The notes: generated by a model not told the origin, from the sequence alone. Counted from the stretch's first letter, positions 34,001 through 47,665 are shown. The stretch is DNA of 52,057 nucleotides from Octopus bimaculoides (GCF_001194135.2 NC_068983.1:135830833-135882889), one strand, 5' to 3'. Made by a program: numbers and translations.

Positions 34001-36467
34001 AATGTTGCATACATTCCAGCAACACTGTGGCTTAGCAGGTGATGCAGTAGAAATTTGCCTGAAACTACTTGTGGCAGACGCCCCCCCCTCCCCAGGTGAG
34101 AAGTGGGCTTTCAAACACCCAACTTTTATATTTTATGATTTCACCTTTCAAACATCCATCTTGCGATCCTATTCATTCAGTTTAATTATTAATTATTTTC
34201 TCAATATACATCCTTCTGCCCATTGTTTTTTTAGATCTAATCATAATGTGTTTATAATTTGCTGCTAACTTTCATATCCATCACCCACCCAACTGGTAAC
34301 AAAAACCACTCAGTTCTGTTTTGAAAGTGAGTCACCCAATTAAATTTAAATGTTTATTCGTTGAACTGAATTATATGATATCATATCATATTATATTACA
34401 TGTACCATCACAATTTTAATTCAGTATTTATAACAGCTGTTCAACAAATGGGAATGTGAAACTCTGAGTAACAGTTCTGTGATAATTTTGCAGTTTAAAT
34501 AAAAGCATATTGTTCTACCTTTAGTAATTGAGTACTATTTTTTTCCACCTTATTTTGCATTTATGTGCTTCCTCATGAATATTTATTCTTTTGCTTGTTT
34601 CAGTCATTTGACTGCAGCCATGCTGGAGCACTATCTTGTTGGGTTTTAGTTGAACAAATCGACCCAATGATGTATTTTCTGAAAGCTTAGTACTTAGTCT
34701 ATCAGCCTCCATCACCGAACCGCTAAGTTACAGGGGACATAAACACACCAAACAGAAACACAAAGACGCACACATATCTATACATATATATGTTCATCAT
34801 CATCGTCGTTGTTCAACGTCCGCTCCCCATGCCAGCATGGGCTGGACGATTTGACCGAGGACCGGCGGACCAGGAGGCGACACCAGGCTCCAATCCGACT
34901 TGGCAGAGCCTCCATAGCTGGATGCCCCTCCCAACGCCAACCACTCTGAGAGTGTAGTGGGTTCCCCCACATGCCACTGGCACGAGGGCCACATTCAAAA
35001 TGGTGCATCTCACATGCCACCCGCACAGGAGCCAGTCCATCGGCACTGGCAACGNNNNNNNNNNNNNNNNNNNNNNNNNNNNNNNNNNNNNNNNNNNNNN
35101 NNNNNNNNNNNNNNNNNNNNNNNNNNNNNNNNNNNNNNNNNNNNNNNNNNNNNNNNNNNNNNNNNNNNNNNNNNNNNNNNNNNNNNNNNNNNNNNNNNNN
35201 NNNNNNNNNNNNNNNNNNNNNNNNNNNNNNNNNNNNNNNNNNNNNNNNNNNNNNNNNNNNNNNNNNNNNNNNNNNNNNNNNNNNNNNNNNNNNNNNNNNN
35301 NNNNNNNNNNNNNNNNNNNNNNNNNNNNNNNNNNNNNNNNNNNNNNNNNNNNNNNNNNNNNNNNNNNNNNNNNNNNNNNNNNNNNNNNNNNNNNNNNNNN
35401 NNNNNNNNNNNNNNNNNNNNNNNNNNNNNNNNNNNNNNNNNNNNNNNNNNNNNNNNNNNNNNNNNNNNNNNNNNNNNNNNNNNNNNNNNNNNNNNNNNNN
35501 NNNNNNNNNNNNNNNNNNNNNNNNNNNNNNNNNNNNNNNNNNNNNNNNNNNNNNNNNNNNNNNNNNNNNNNNNNNNNNNNNNNNNNNNNNNNNNNNNNNN
35601 NNNNNNNNNNNNNNNNNNNNNNNNNNNNNNNNNNNNNNNNNNNNNNNNNNNNNNNNNNNNNNNNNNNNNNNNNNNNNNNNNNNNNNNNNNNNNNNNNNNN
35701 NNNNNNNNNNNNNNNNNNNNNNNNNNNNNNNNNNNNNNNNNNNNNNNNNNNNNNNNNNNNNNNNNNNNNNNNNNNNNNNNNNNNNNNNNNNNNNNNNNNN
35801 NNNNNNNNNNNNNNNNNNNNNNNNNNNNNNNNNNNNNNNNNNNNNNNNNNNNNNNNNNNNNNNNNNNNNNNNNNNNNNNNNNNNNNNNNNNNNNNNNNNN
35901 NNNNNNNNNNNNNNNNNNNNNNNNNNNNNNNNNNNNNNNNNNNNNNNNNNNNNNNNNNNNNNNNNNNNNNNNNNNNNNNNNNNNGATCCATAGGAATCGG
36001 TGATGTTAAAAATGTAAACTTCTCCTCAGGGAAAAGTATGAGAACCAGCTTAAATGTAAGACATTATAATCGAATATGAGAACTATAGTTAGAGAAGGTT
36101 ATAACGTAATTCATTTGAAAAAACCGTTAGAGAATAGGACGCTACCAGATAGTCCGTTGGACAAGAAGTGAAGAAGAGAAAAGAAAAAAGAAAAAAAGGG
36201 GAAGGAAAATTCAGAGTGTAGAATTGTAATTCTTCGAAACATATGTCGGAATAAAAGTATGCAGTTATAATATGCGTTTACTCCATTCTTTAAATTTATA
36301 TATACTCAAATACCCAAAATATCAAGGAGTTTCTACCTCATAAACAGGAGTTACACCACGGTTATTTTGTGATCTTTGCTACCCCGGTACCTATTAACCA
36401 ATTTATTTTATCCGAGATATTTTTTACTTGGAGAAAATAAATACATATAATAATATATATATATGTA

Positions 36468-36547
36468 TATAGGGGAGAATTCACAAAAAAAAAAAAGACG
36501 AAGACAGGTGATGTAGACAACAAACAGATGTATTAGTTTAACGCTCG
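36468..36547 (-). mobile_element. Second, truncated copy of the 29234-29430 repeat (stops before the hammerhead)
   Basis: Aligns by eye to 29234-29315. Confidence 0.55.
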
Positions 36548-37858
36548 CAGTCTCTTTTGCCACTAAATTATGTGATATATTGTGTATTTTAGTTATCATT
36601 AATCAAACTGTAAAGGTAGCAAAAATGGCCTAATTTCAGAAGGGTATAACTAATTTTTGTAAGAAAAATGAATAATTTGTCTACTGCATAGCAAATTTAT
36701 GAAACCCTTTTAGACTTGTCTTTGTTCTGTATGTAACAAATGTGTTCCTATGGTGTTTACAACTAAATATTGCTTTATAAATATTTAGTTTACTACTAAA
36801 TCTTTATCTAATAACTACTTATTAAACATAGCTTTTAGCTAGATTTGTCAGATTATTTTTTTAAATGTACTGCTATAGGGACTTATTTCATTCATCAACA
36901 CCCTTCACAAAAAAGAAAAAAAAAATGAACAAATTCACAACAATGAATTATCTTTGTTATAGAGCTAAAAGTATCTTGTTCCTACAGATGCTAGAGCTTA
37001 CAATATTTTCACAATCTTCAGAGTAACCCACTTTACCACATATTCTTCCTAAAAACCAAGTCTGCTTCACAAAGGATGGACTTACTCTTCAGAGCCAGAA
37101 AAATATATCAGTCTTGAGCAGTTACTAAGTTCATACAATAGGCAGATTTGCTTAACACTAGAAAACTATATCTGTCCTCCACACATATTCTAGAGCACAT
37201 TAAAAAAAAAAGGTATCTATCTGAGAAGCAAGCCTTTTGTTAGTATCACTCTGAATATTTGCCTACCATTCCTTCTCTCTATTCATTTCTCTTAATTCAT
37301 ATTGTCTCACTGAAATATTTCCCAATACTTTCTAAGCAATGGATTCTCATGCAGTTCCTTTTCCTTACAACTTTAGCCTTGCAAATAATTCAAATTACGA
37401 ACATTAAAACACATAAATTTTATCCACTTTTCCAGCCTAGAAGAGTTTTAAAAATGCTGCTCTCTTCATTAAATTTGTGAAAAACAACTAACCCCGAAAT
37501 ACCTTCATTTTGTGATTTCTAAATCTCTAACAGGGTGAGAGATTTAGAAATCTCTCTGAAATTTATCATTGATCACTCTACAAAACTTAGCACTCTCATA
37601 AATATCATTATACAGCAAGTAGTTTGTGAGAAAATTGTCATTTGGACTGATAATTGCCTGCAAATGAATAATAAAAAAACGACAATGAATATAACTTGTA
37701 ACTTTACATCTCTATAAGAACACCATATATGCTACCATTAAAGTACAATTTATACACAATAATGAAATTATTAAAACTGAAAAAAAGTTACTGTTGGTAT
37801 ATATTCACATATTCATGTGTGTGTATGTATATTTGTACTGTTTTCTTCTTCATTATAG

Positions 37859-37993
37859 GTTGGTGATGCTATCCCCAGTGCCAGTCTCTTTGAACACAAC
37901 CCTAACACCAAACTGAATTCTAGCGAACTGTTTGGTAGTGGAAAGCATGTTATTTTTGGTGTACCAGGTGCATTTACTCCTACTTGTTCAGAA
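37859..37993 (+). CDS. PRDX5: PRDX5 exon 2 (peroxidatic Cys)
   Basis: AG at 37857-37858 and GTAAGT at 37994. Translates VGDAIPSASLFEHNPNTKLNSSELFGSGKHVIFGVPGAFTPTCSE, containing the PGAFTPxCS active-site motif of Prx5. Confidence 0.97.
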
Positions 37994-39783
37994 GTAAGTT
38001 GCTTCTTGTTTATTTTCTAGAGATCTGATAGCTTAAAGGATGTATGTAATATGGGGTAAATTGGCTCCAAGATTAAAATACTTGACTGCTGACTGGCTTC
38101 AAGTTTAACTCTTACTAGTGCCTCTGTGCAATATACCTAACTCTACTTGTTCCAGTTGGCTGAATGTTATTCTCCATATTTTGTCTCCACTCTTTGACTA
38201 ATCATTGCCATTGTTAGTGCACCAGTTGCTGCTCATATGGTGTTTACAGTGCTCTTAGTGCCCTATATACTAAATCAATTGAAAATACTTAAGGAACCAC
38301 TGAACCTTGCAACCTTTAATGTCAGAACTTTGTGTCAAGTTGTTTAGAAAACTGATTTCACTCCCAGACAACATTTATGGACTCAATTTTGTTTATATTT
38401 GCAAAATAAAATTGTTGCTAGGGTGTATGTGTGATGTGTCCTTGCCTGCTATAAGCTTTTAAGTGAAGAGCTATATCTGTAGTGTTATTTCCATTTCCAA
38501 TTAACAGCCAAGCCTTTTGCTATTTTGTTATTGTTAGGAAAGACATGAATGTTACAACTGTCACAAGATATTTCATTGAAAATCTTGATCTTCATATACA
38601 CCTGATGAAGTCAGTAATAGAGAAAATTATGCAGCAAATTGTTGTCATTAAGCATCTAGTATCACAGATACAGTGTAGTAGTTTGCATGTAACTAATAGC
38701 ACTATAACTGATTTTGATTAAGTATAGTTCTGTGATTCAAACCTTACATTGTTTGATCTGATGTTTCATCTGTAAATAAAACTAATTTTGGATCGCATAA
38801 GGAAGAAGTGTCGCTCTTAATGTGAAGTGTTAAAGTACTTGAATATTTGTGGTGTTTGATGACTTTTGGCCTAGATTTTAATCCCGCACATGCATTTTAC
38901 CAGTAAATAAGGCTGAGATTAGGATCCTGTTCAAGAGAGTAATTATCATATGAGCAATTAATCTTATCTATACATTTACAATATTCACAATTGCACTTGT
39001 TATTATTGTTTATCCCAGGATATTTATATGGTTGATGAGTGGATTCAAACTAGGAGACTGTATTTCTAAACTAAGAGTAATAATATCCTTAGTCACTTGG
39101 CTAAAAGCACATAACTACTTTTGATTTAGAAATGAAAGTTCCTATTTTGAATCCTGTTTGTACCCAAAAATATGTTACCTAATACCCACAGTGGTTTACT
39201 TGATAAGAAAATGACTACCTTTTAATTTTCCAATAAAGGTTGAATAATAAAATATAAGAGTTGTTGAATCGTGTCTGGACCTTATGCATACTCAGAAAGA
39301 AGATTCTTTGTGTGAAAGTGAATCAAACCATTCAGAACCTAGAACAGATGCAAATGTAAATACACACTCTGAAGATTAAATTCATAGTCCAGAAAATTAT
39401 TATCTTATTAACAAATCATTTCAGGCATTTAATGAAATATCATGCTGCTTAATCCTATGGGAACTAAGGTAGGGTCTAGATCAGCAAACCAGAAAAATAG
39501 TGGTCTATGTACACACTTTAATACACATATCATCATCATCAGCATCATCATCATCATCGTCGTTTAACGTCCACCTTCCATGCTAGCATGGGTTGGACGA
39601 TTTGACTGAGGACTGGTGAAACCGGATGGCAACACCAGGCTCCAATCTAATTTGGCAGAGTTTCTACAGCTGGATGCCCTTCCTAACGCCAACCACTCAG
39701 AGAGTGTAGTGGGTGCTTTTACGTGTCACCCGCACGAAAACGGCCACGCTCGAAATGGTGTCTTTTATGTGCCACCCGCATAA

Positions 39784-41177
39784 GAGCCAGTCCAGGGGCA
39801 CTGGCAACGATCCCGCTTGAAAGATTCATGTGTCGCCCGCGCATGAGCCAGTCCAGGGTCACTGGCAACGATCCCGCTCGAAAGATTTCATGTGTCGTCC
39901 GCACATGAGCCAGTCCAGGGGCATNNNNNNNNNNNNNNNNNNNNNNNNNNNNNNNNNNNNNNNNNNNNNNNNNNNNNNNNNNNNNNNNNNNNNNNNNNNN
40001 NNNNNNNNNNNNNNNNNNNNNNNNNNNNNNNNNNNNNNNNNNNNNNNNNNNNNNNNNNNNNNNNNNNNNNNNNNNNNNNNNNNNNNNNNNNNNNNNNNNN
40101 NNNNNNNNNNNNNNNNNNNNNNNNNNNNNNNNNNNNNNNNNNNNNNNNNNNNNNNNNNNNNNNNNNNNNNNNNNNNNNNNNNNNNNNNNNNNNNNNNNNN
40201 NNNNNNNNNNNNNNNNNNNNNNNNNNNNNNNNNNNNNNNNNNNNNNNNNNNNNNNNNNNNNNNNNNNNNNNNNNNNNNNNNNNNNNNNNNNNNNNNNNNN
40301 NNNNNNNNNNNNNNNNNNNNNNNNNNNNNNNNNNNNNNNNNNNNNNNNNNNNNNNNNNNNNNNNNNNNNNNNNNNNNNNNNNNNNNNNNNNNNNNNNNNN
40401 NNNNNNNNNNNNNNNNNNNNNNNNNNNNNNNNNNNNNNNNNNNNNNNNNNNNNNNNNNNNNNNNNNNNNNNNNNNNNNNNNNNNNNNNNNNNNNNNNNNN
40501 NNNNNNNNNNNNNNNNNNNNNNNNNNNNNNNNNNNNNNNNNNNNNNNNNNNNNNNNNNNNNNNNNNNNNNNNNNNNNNNNNNNNNNNNNNNNNNNNNNNN
40601 NNNNNNNNNNNNNNNNNNNNNNNNNNNNNNNNNNNNNNNNNNNNNNNNNNNNNNNNNNNNNNNNNNNNNNNNNNNNNNNNNNNNNNNNNNNNNNNNNNNN
40701 NNNNNNNNNNNNNNNNNNNNNNNNNNNNNNNNNNNNNNNNNNNNNNNNNNNNNNNNNNNNNNNNNNNNNNNNNNNNNNNNNNNNNNNNNNNNNNNNNNNN
40801 NNNNNNNNNNNNNNNNNNNNNNNNNNNNNNNNNNNNNNNNNNNNNNNNAAGAGCCAGCCCAGGGGCACCGGCAATAATCCCGCTCGGAAGATTTCATGTG
40901 TCGCCCGCACATGAGCCAGTCCAGGGGCACTGGCAACGATCCCGCCCGAAACATTCCATGTGTCGCCCACACACGAGCCAGCCCAGGGGCACCGGCAACG
41001 ATCTCGCTCGAAAAACCTCATGTGTCACCCGCACAAGAGCCGGCCCAGGGGCACTGGCAACGATCCCGCTTGAAAGATTCATGTGTCGCCCGCGCATGAG
41101 CCAGTCCAGGGTCACTGGCAACGATCCCGCTCGAAAGATTTCATGTGTCGTCCGCACATGAGCCAGTCCAGGGGCAT
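39784..41177. repeat. GC-rich 61-62 bp minisatellite expanded from the internal repeat of an RTE-3'UTR element (gap 39925-40848)
   Basis: Unit gagccagtccaggggcactggcaacgatcccgctcgaaagatttcatgtgtcgcccgcacat, with starts at 39784, 39845 and 39907 and about five more units after the gap. Confidence 0.92.
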
Positions 41178-42473
41178 AGTATACATTTATTAAGAATAAT
41201 TCATTCAAAATATGCTAAACGTTTTGATGAGATTCAAAGCACATATTTCTTGCTATCTCTGCAAATATGTACTATTTAATATGATTTATGATAAAAACAT
41301 ATTAACTTTTGGGATCAATGAAATAAGTACCAGTTGAGCACTGCAGTTGATGAAATTGACCAGCCCTCTCCTCCAAAATTTCAGACGTTGTGCCTTTATT
41401 ATTATTATTATTATTATTATTAGAAAGGATTATTGTTATTATTCAAAAGGATTATTATTAGATATGTCGAAGGTAGTGAATTGGCAGATTCATTAGGGTA
41501 TCACAAAATACCTTGGGCTGTTTGTCCTGGCTCTTTCCATTCTAAGTTCAAATGCTGCTGAGATCACCTTTACCTTTCACCTTTTCAGAGTTGATGAAAT
41601 AAATTACATCTGATTCTTCTTATACCAAATATTTCACCTAGTTCATTAGTAATTTGTCGCTCATGCTCACTAACCAACATCTATGTCCAATGGAACCTTC
41701 TCACCTCATATCTTTCCAGCATTCACAAATCTTCCAAGAAGCCCTCTGAGTATTTGAAAAAATTTATTTTTATAGGTGTTCTTCCCATTAATTATTTTTG
41801 TACATCTGCTACATGTGGTGGCCTTGTCCTGCAGCTTTCCTATGATCCCACTATATCTCTTCTCTTGTACATCCAAAGTTTACATAGGACACATGGCAAA
41901 AATGGTGATTGATTTGGAAGATCCTAAAGTAAGTGCCCTAAGTATTTAAGCTGATCACTCTCAATGCTGCACACCAGCATGCATGAGGATGTTGAAGTCC
42001 TGTGAACTCAACAAACAAGGAATATATATATATATATATCTTAATCTTTATACCTACATCCCCTCCCACACATACATGTGCACATACATTCATGTGTGTG
42101 TGTGTGTGTGTGTATATTAATAGATAGATATAGTACAGGCTACATATGTTCCTTGCAAGGAAGCCTCTACATAGTCACTCAACCTGCAAGAAGTGCATCC
42201 AAATCTTCCTGAAATACTACTGTAAGCCCTATATTATACATATTAGTAGCTCGCTTGGTTGAGCCGTTAATAATTAGGTTTCTTTGCAAATGATACAGTG
42301 CAGCACTGGTGGTTGGGATGTCAGTTTTTCACCCTTTAGCCACAAAATAATCAACTATGGCCAACTGCTTTATTGCTGAATTAATGATAGCTTATATAGT
42401 TTTTATGATCTGAAAAATCTTTAGCTAACATATAGTGATACATGTAAAATAACATATACTTTTGATTTTGCAG

Positions 42474-42605
42474 TCTCATTTACCTGGTTATATTGAAAAA
42501 CATAATGAACTCAAGAAGAAAGGGATTGTGTCTATCAACTGCGTGGCAGTCAATGATCCATTTGTTATGAAAGCTTGGGGTGAAGCCCATAATGCAACAG
42601 GAAAG
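42474..42605 (+). CDS. PRDX5: PRDX5 exon 3
   Basis: tttgcAG at 42472-42473 and GTGAGC at 42606. Translates SHLPGYIEKHNELKKKGIVSINCVAVNDPFVMKAWGEAHNATGK (HLPG and C.AVNDPFVM.AWG motifs). Confidence 0.97.
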
Positions 42606-42914
42606 GTGAGCCTTTGATTCTACTTGGAATGGCATCTGGAGTAAGACAATAGTTACATATTTTTTTCTTTAAAATAGTATAATCATTTCCAGATATAGGT
42701 TATGATATCACACCATCTTTTGGGAGGCTTCACTGGACTGGGGTTTCCAATTTTGTGGTAAGTTTCAGGAACTTAAAAGTTTTTGAGCCTTATACCAATG
42801 TAACAATGGTTAGTACTGCCAATGTCAGATTTACTTTCATATGCTTTAAGGTTGAATAAACTAAATGAATAGTATAAAGGATTGATTTAATCACCAATAT
42901 CAGCCTCACACAAG

Positions 42915-43610
42915 TTTGATTTTGTGCTAATATAGATGGTCATGTGATGCGTAAGGATGAGGACAGCTGTGTGAAGATGATCCCAGTGGAGGGAACCTGT
43001 AGAAGAGGTAGACCCAGGAAGACATGGGACGTGGTGGTGAAGCATGATCTTCGAATGTTGAACCTCACAGAGGCAATGACAAGTTACCGAGACCTTTGGT
43101 GGNNNNNNNNNNNNNNNNNNNNNNNNNNNNNNNNNNNNNNNNNNNNNNNNNNNNNNNNNNNNNNNNNNNNNNNNNNNNNNNNNNNNNNNNNNNNNNNNNN
43201 NNNNNNNNNNNNNNNNNNNNNNNNNNNNNNNNNNNNNNNNNNNNNNNNNNNNNNNNNNNNNNNNNNNNNNNNNNATGCTGATGCCAGTGTCGTGTAACTG
43301 GCACCTTTTACATGCCGTGGGCAGTGACAAGTGATCAAGGCCTTTGGCAATCTACTATGCTTGAAAAGACTTGTCAAGCCAAATGAGATCATTGTCATGA
43401 TTGATGCTATACAAGTGGCACTTATGCCAGTGGCATGTAAAAAAACCCAGTACACTCTTGGAGTGGTTGGCATTAGGAAGGGCATCCAGCCATAGAAACC
43501 ATGCCAGATCAGAGTGGAACCTGGTGCAGCTCCCCAGCTTACTAGTTTTCAGTCAAACCATCCAACCCTGCTTGTATGGAAAATGGGCATTAAATGATGG
43601 TGATGATGAT
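42915..43610 (+). mobile_element. RTE LINE 3' end (ORF C-terminus, gap, 3'UTR, (GAT)n tail) in PRDX5 intron 3
   Basis: GHVMRKDEDSCVK..VEGTCRRGRPRKTWDVVVKHDLRMLNLTEAMTSYRDLW, then the shared repeat body ending ttaaatgatggtgatgatgat. Confidence 0.85.
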
Positions 43611-44051
43611 AGGGAATTATTTTGCTTTAGCTCAGATTCATTCTTATTCCTGGTAGGATTTATGTGGGTAGCAGGTTACTACATGTAACCTTAGGTATCC
43701 ATAAGTTTTCAACAGTCTTTCATGTGCTTAGAACCCACCTGATAATCCTTACTGTCCCTAAGAGACAAACTCTCTGTAGGAGCTTTACTGGACATTCTAT
43801 TTCAATCTCCTTCAGCCATTTGTCTATATCTTTGTTCCTAATGCACCAATTATTATAGGTACAACCTTTACTGTTCATATGCTCCAAATTCTTTCTATTT
43901 CAAATTTTAAGGGATTGTATTTTCTTTGTTTTTCTTCTTTCTTTACAATCTTAGAATTAAATGGGCATGATGGGTTGATAAGTAGCTTTGCTTTTCCTTA
44001 TCTATAATCATTATATTTGGTCTATTATTCAACATGTTTTTAAAATTTCAG

Positions 44052-44090
44052 ATACGAATGTTGGCAGACATACAAGCAGAATTTACAAAG
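44052..44090 (+). CDS. PRDX5: PRDX5 exon 4 (39 bp)
   Basis: tttcAG at 44050-44051 and GTAAAT at 44091. Translates IRMLADIQAEFTK, equivalent to the 13-codon VRLLADPTGAFGK segment of human PRDX5. Confidence 0.93.
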
Positions 44091-45190
44091 GTAAATTTCA
44101 TTTTTAGTTTTTTTTTTTTTTTGTCAGTGTTACCTTCTTAGTGTTTTTTTTTTTTGTCTTCATTTTCATCAAGTTCATGATTTTGTCTCTCATGAGTTAC
44201 TATATACACTATTATTGAAATGATGGTGATTAACAGTTGGAATCCTTAAGGATGGGAGTTAATACATTGCTTTCACAAAATATCCTGTCTATATTTCATT
44301 GCAGTTCTCTCTTCATATCCATTCTTCTTGGTGCTTGATTTGTTGAGCATTTAACTTCATCTATGAAACCTACTTTATTTGTAAGCAGCAAACATCACTA
44401 ACAGATAGTCTCTTTATTTCTCTCCAAGCTATACTTAAAATTAACGCTGAATTCAGTTCTGCAGCTGATCAGAAATAGTGCTTGTATCATCCCCATATTA
44501 ACCTGTCTGTAACTAAGTTGACCAGGCCATTAAGAGTTAACTGTTTTGCTCGAAGTCACACTTGTGTGTTCATAGCTCAATGAAAGTACTATGAAACTGC
44601 CCCACTGTAATTCACTCTATTTATAACTGCCTCAAATATTTGTGCTTAGATCTTTCATCTTTTTAGTATCAATGAAAGTTAGTTCCAGTAAAATAGCTCA
44701 GTTGGTTACATTTCCACCCTCTTGAAAATTTGCCATCTTCTTTGGCAAAAAATATGAGTTCCATATTTTATTAGAAGTTTCATTTTTAGAAAGACAAGTT
44801 TTAGCATCTCATTTTTTGTCTACTATAAATCTGAAGTTTTATATCTATATAGGTTATTTGTCCAAGTAATAATATTAAAATTGAAATTGAAATATTAACA
44901 GTTTGAACACTGAAAACCTTCTAGAATTTACTATCATCTCTCAGCATGCTGGTCAGCTTTGTCTTCTGCCAGAACTGATAAAATACATACCAATTGTGTA
45001 CTTGTTGCTCTCTGGTATAAATTTTTTATCTTGAGCTAATATAATAAACATTTAACATTGAACTAAAGAAAAAGCAGTAAGATTAATGTGGCAGATCAGT
45101 TTTTCATCCCTCCACAATAAAACTGGCCTTGTGTTTAGTAAATAAATATTCATAGTCATCATTCTTATTATTCTTCTTATTACATTTTAG

Positions 45191-45246
45191 GCTCTTGGTC
45201 TTGAGATCGACCTCTCAGCAGTGCTAGGAAATGTTCGATCAAAGCG
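45191..45246 (+). CDS. PRDX5: PRDX5 exon 5
   Basis: cattttAG at 45189-45190 and GTAAGT at 45247. Translates ALGLEIDLSAVLGNVRSK+CG (LG..RSKR motif with the catalytic Arg split across the intron). Confidence 0.95.
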
Positions 45247-46249
45247 GTAAGTCTATAGCATAAACCTGTGAAAGCTTCATCTAAAAATAGTCTCATTTCC
45301 TTTCCTTGTAACACACCACCACACATCTCTTTTTATTCTACCAATGTTCACTCCAGGACAAACTATTATACCTGACACACATTGATTTAGAAAAGGCCTG
45401 TCAGATCATACACCATTTTGTGGCAGTCAAAGAAGAATAGTTTGTGTGCTTTTGTGCAAGCCATGTATAGGACTGCTGTTAGTAAACTGAGGGTAATGAG
45501 TTCAGTGAGAATTTAGTATGCTGGTAATTGTCCAGTTTTCAGTTCCTCGTCTCTATTTTTTATAATAATAGAGTAGTTTATGGGAATTCCTGTTTGCTGA
45601 TAATCTAGTTATGATAGCAGGATCTAGAATCAAGAAGCTTAATTATCTGTTCAGCAAAGATGAAGGTCTTTAATTAATATAATGGAAAACAAAGCATTAC
45701 ATGTACCAGTGTGATGTGTACCCTGTGCAAACAATGGGCACACAAAGGTTTTAAGTGGGATCCCTCAGAGATAATAGGATGATGCACAGTAGTAGCAGTA
45801 ATAATGCCTTTCAAATGTACAGAAGGTTTATTTGGAGCAGTAGGCAGCTTCTATTGCCTCAGGGATCTAATCAGCAGTGGAAGTAGTAGTTACAAAAGTA
45901 TAGTAGCTTGAGCAAGATCAATGGGGAAATATTACCTATGTTGGCATCAAAGGGCTTCTTTCTCTGACTGAGGATAGGTTGTATGGTGCTTGTATTTGTA
46001 GTGCAATATTTCAATATCACAAGACATCAGCACAGCTTATAGAGGATATACGAAAGCTGGAAAGAGGTGAGATAGTCATGCCCTGCTGATGTACAATGTT
46101 AATTTGCATGAATGTTAGAGCACAAATACCTAAGAGAAAAGCTAGGCCTTAGATGTATCAGCTGTAGTGTGCAAAACAGGGCTGTATTGGTACAAGTATG
46201 TGATGGACATGAAGAATGATGAGTGAAAAAGTGTTAAACCATGCAAGAA

Positions 46250-46960
46250 AGAATCTGGAAAAGTAGGCAACCAAAAATGTACAGAAATTGAGAAGTCTTA
46301 GTTCAAGATGCAGGGCCCTCACAAAGATAAAGGGCTGCAAGTGCTGTGTTGAAACCAGTCAGTCCCACCCACCTATGCCAACTTATAAAACCAGATGTAA
46401 AAATGTTGCTGTTACATTCCACTCATGCTGACACAGACCCATCTATCCTTGTGTATCTGATTACATTATCAAGATACCTTATAATTCCAGAAATTTTGGT
46501 ATCAACAACTGTTATTGTGTGGCTGAGCTTCTTCAGGCTTCATTACTTTAAGTACAACCTAAAGAAGTTGTGTATTCTTAAACTCTATAGCTGTCCATCA
46601 GTATGATTTGGAGCAGCTTATTTTTCAGAGCTCTCAAAACTGTAACAATTAAGTCTGTTCTAGATGCCCATACTGATATTTCTTATCAAGTCATACCTCA
46701 ATTCCTGTTCATCAATCACTACATTCACCTCTACCCCCATCTTTAACCATCTGGTACTCTCCTTCCACATTCTTGTAACCATTTTCACCTTATCTACCCT
46801 CTTGAGGGTTTTGTTCTTGCACCCTATCACTACCATCTTAACTTTTTTCCTGGATACTCCATCCACCCCTGGAGTAGCCATATATCTCTGTAGCAAGACA
46901 GCTCTGCTTGCCCCTGGCCTAAAATCACCTCTCTACCCTCTCAAATACTCCTCTCACTTA
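46250..46960 (-). mobile_element. Old RTE-like LINE fragment in PRDX5 intron 5
   Basis: Minus-strand translation ..GVDGVSRKKVK..RVDKVKMVTRMWKESTRWLKM.. resembles a decayed RTE ORF C-terminal region. Weak support. Confidence 0.4.
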
Positions 46961-47665
46961 GTTGAAAGGGCTTTTCCCTTGTCTCCCTTCCTGTCTTGCA
47001 AGTTATTTGGCAACCCCACTAGGGCCAATTGCACCCAATACACACTGTAAAGTGCTTGGCTGGGAAGAGTATCTAGCTTAGAAACCATGCCAAAACTGAC
47101 ATGGAGCACAAGGCAGCCTTGTGACTTATAGGATCCAGTCAAATTGTCCAACCCATGCCAGCATGAAAAATAGATGTTAAATGATGATGACTATTGTGAC
47201 TTCTTCATTTGAAAATATGAGACCAGGTTCAATGTTGCGGAAGTATTTTCTGGACTTGAGTGAGAGGTGTAAGATAGCCCTTTCCTTTGTAGTTATCTCG
47301 AGACTCAGATTCATTCTTTTATTTGTAAGCCTTAGTGCTACCCACAAATATAAACCATCCGTGATAGTAACTTAGCTGCTGACTGTTTCTCTTTTCTGGT
47401 TTTTCTCACGATCTTTGAACAAGGTGCCTCTCTTTGATGTCCCTGTATGTTACATATTCTAATTTCATTCATTTACTGAGTACTGTGATCTTTCTTTTGC
47501 ACACATACACAAAGATCATAATGAAGATGAATTTATATACACACCCTTTTCTTTATTTTTACACCATCATTAGACTGTGGCCATGTTGGGGCACCACCTT
47601 AAAGAAATTTCAGTCAAATGAATCAACCCCAGTTTTTTTGTGTATATTAATTTCTGTTTTTGCAG

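Noticed and set aside
39784-41177. Regular ~61-bp repeats that superficially resemble a CRISPR array
   Set aside because: There are no unique spacers and no cas genes, the context is a eukaryotic intron, and the units derive from a retroelement 3'UTR.
39792-41177. Exact 133-bp duplicate (39792-39924 equals 41045-41177) on either side of a gap
   Set aside because: The left copy stops at the gap on exactly the base where the right copy exits into unique DNA. This points to a scaffolding or collapsed-repeat artefact, not a real higher-order repeat.
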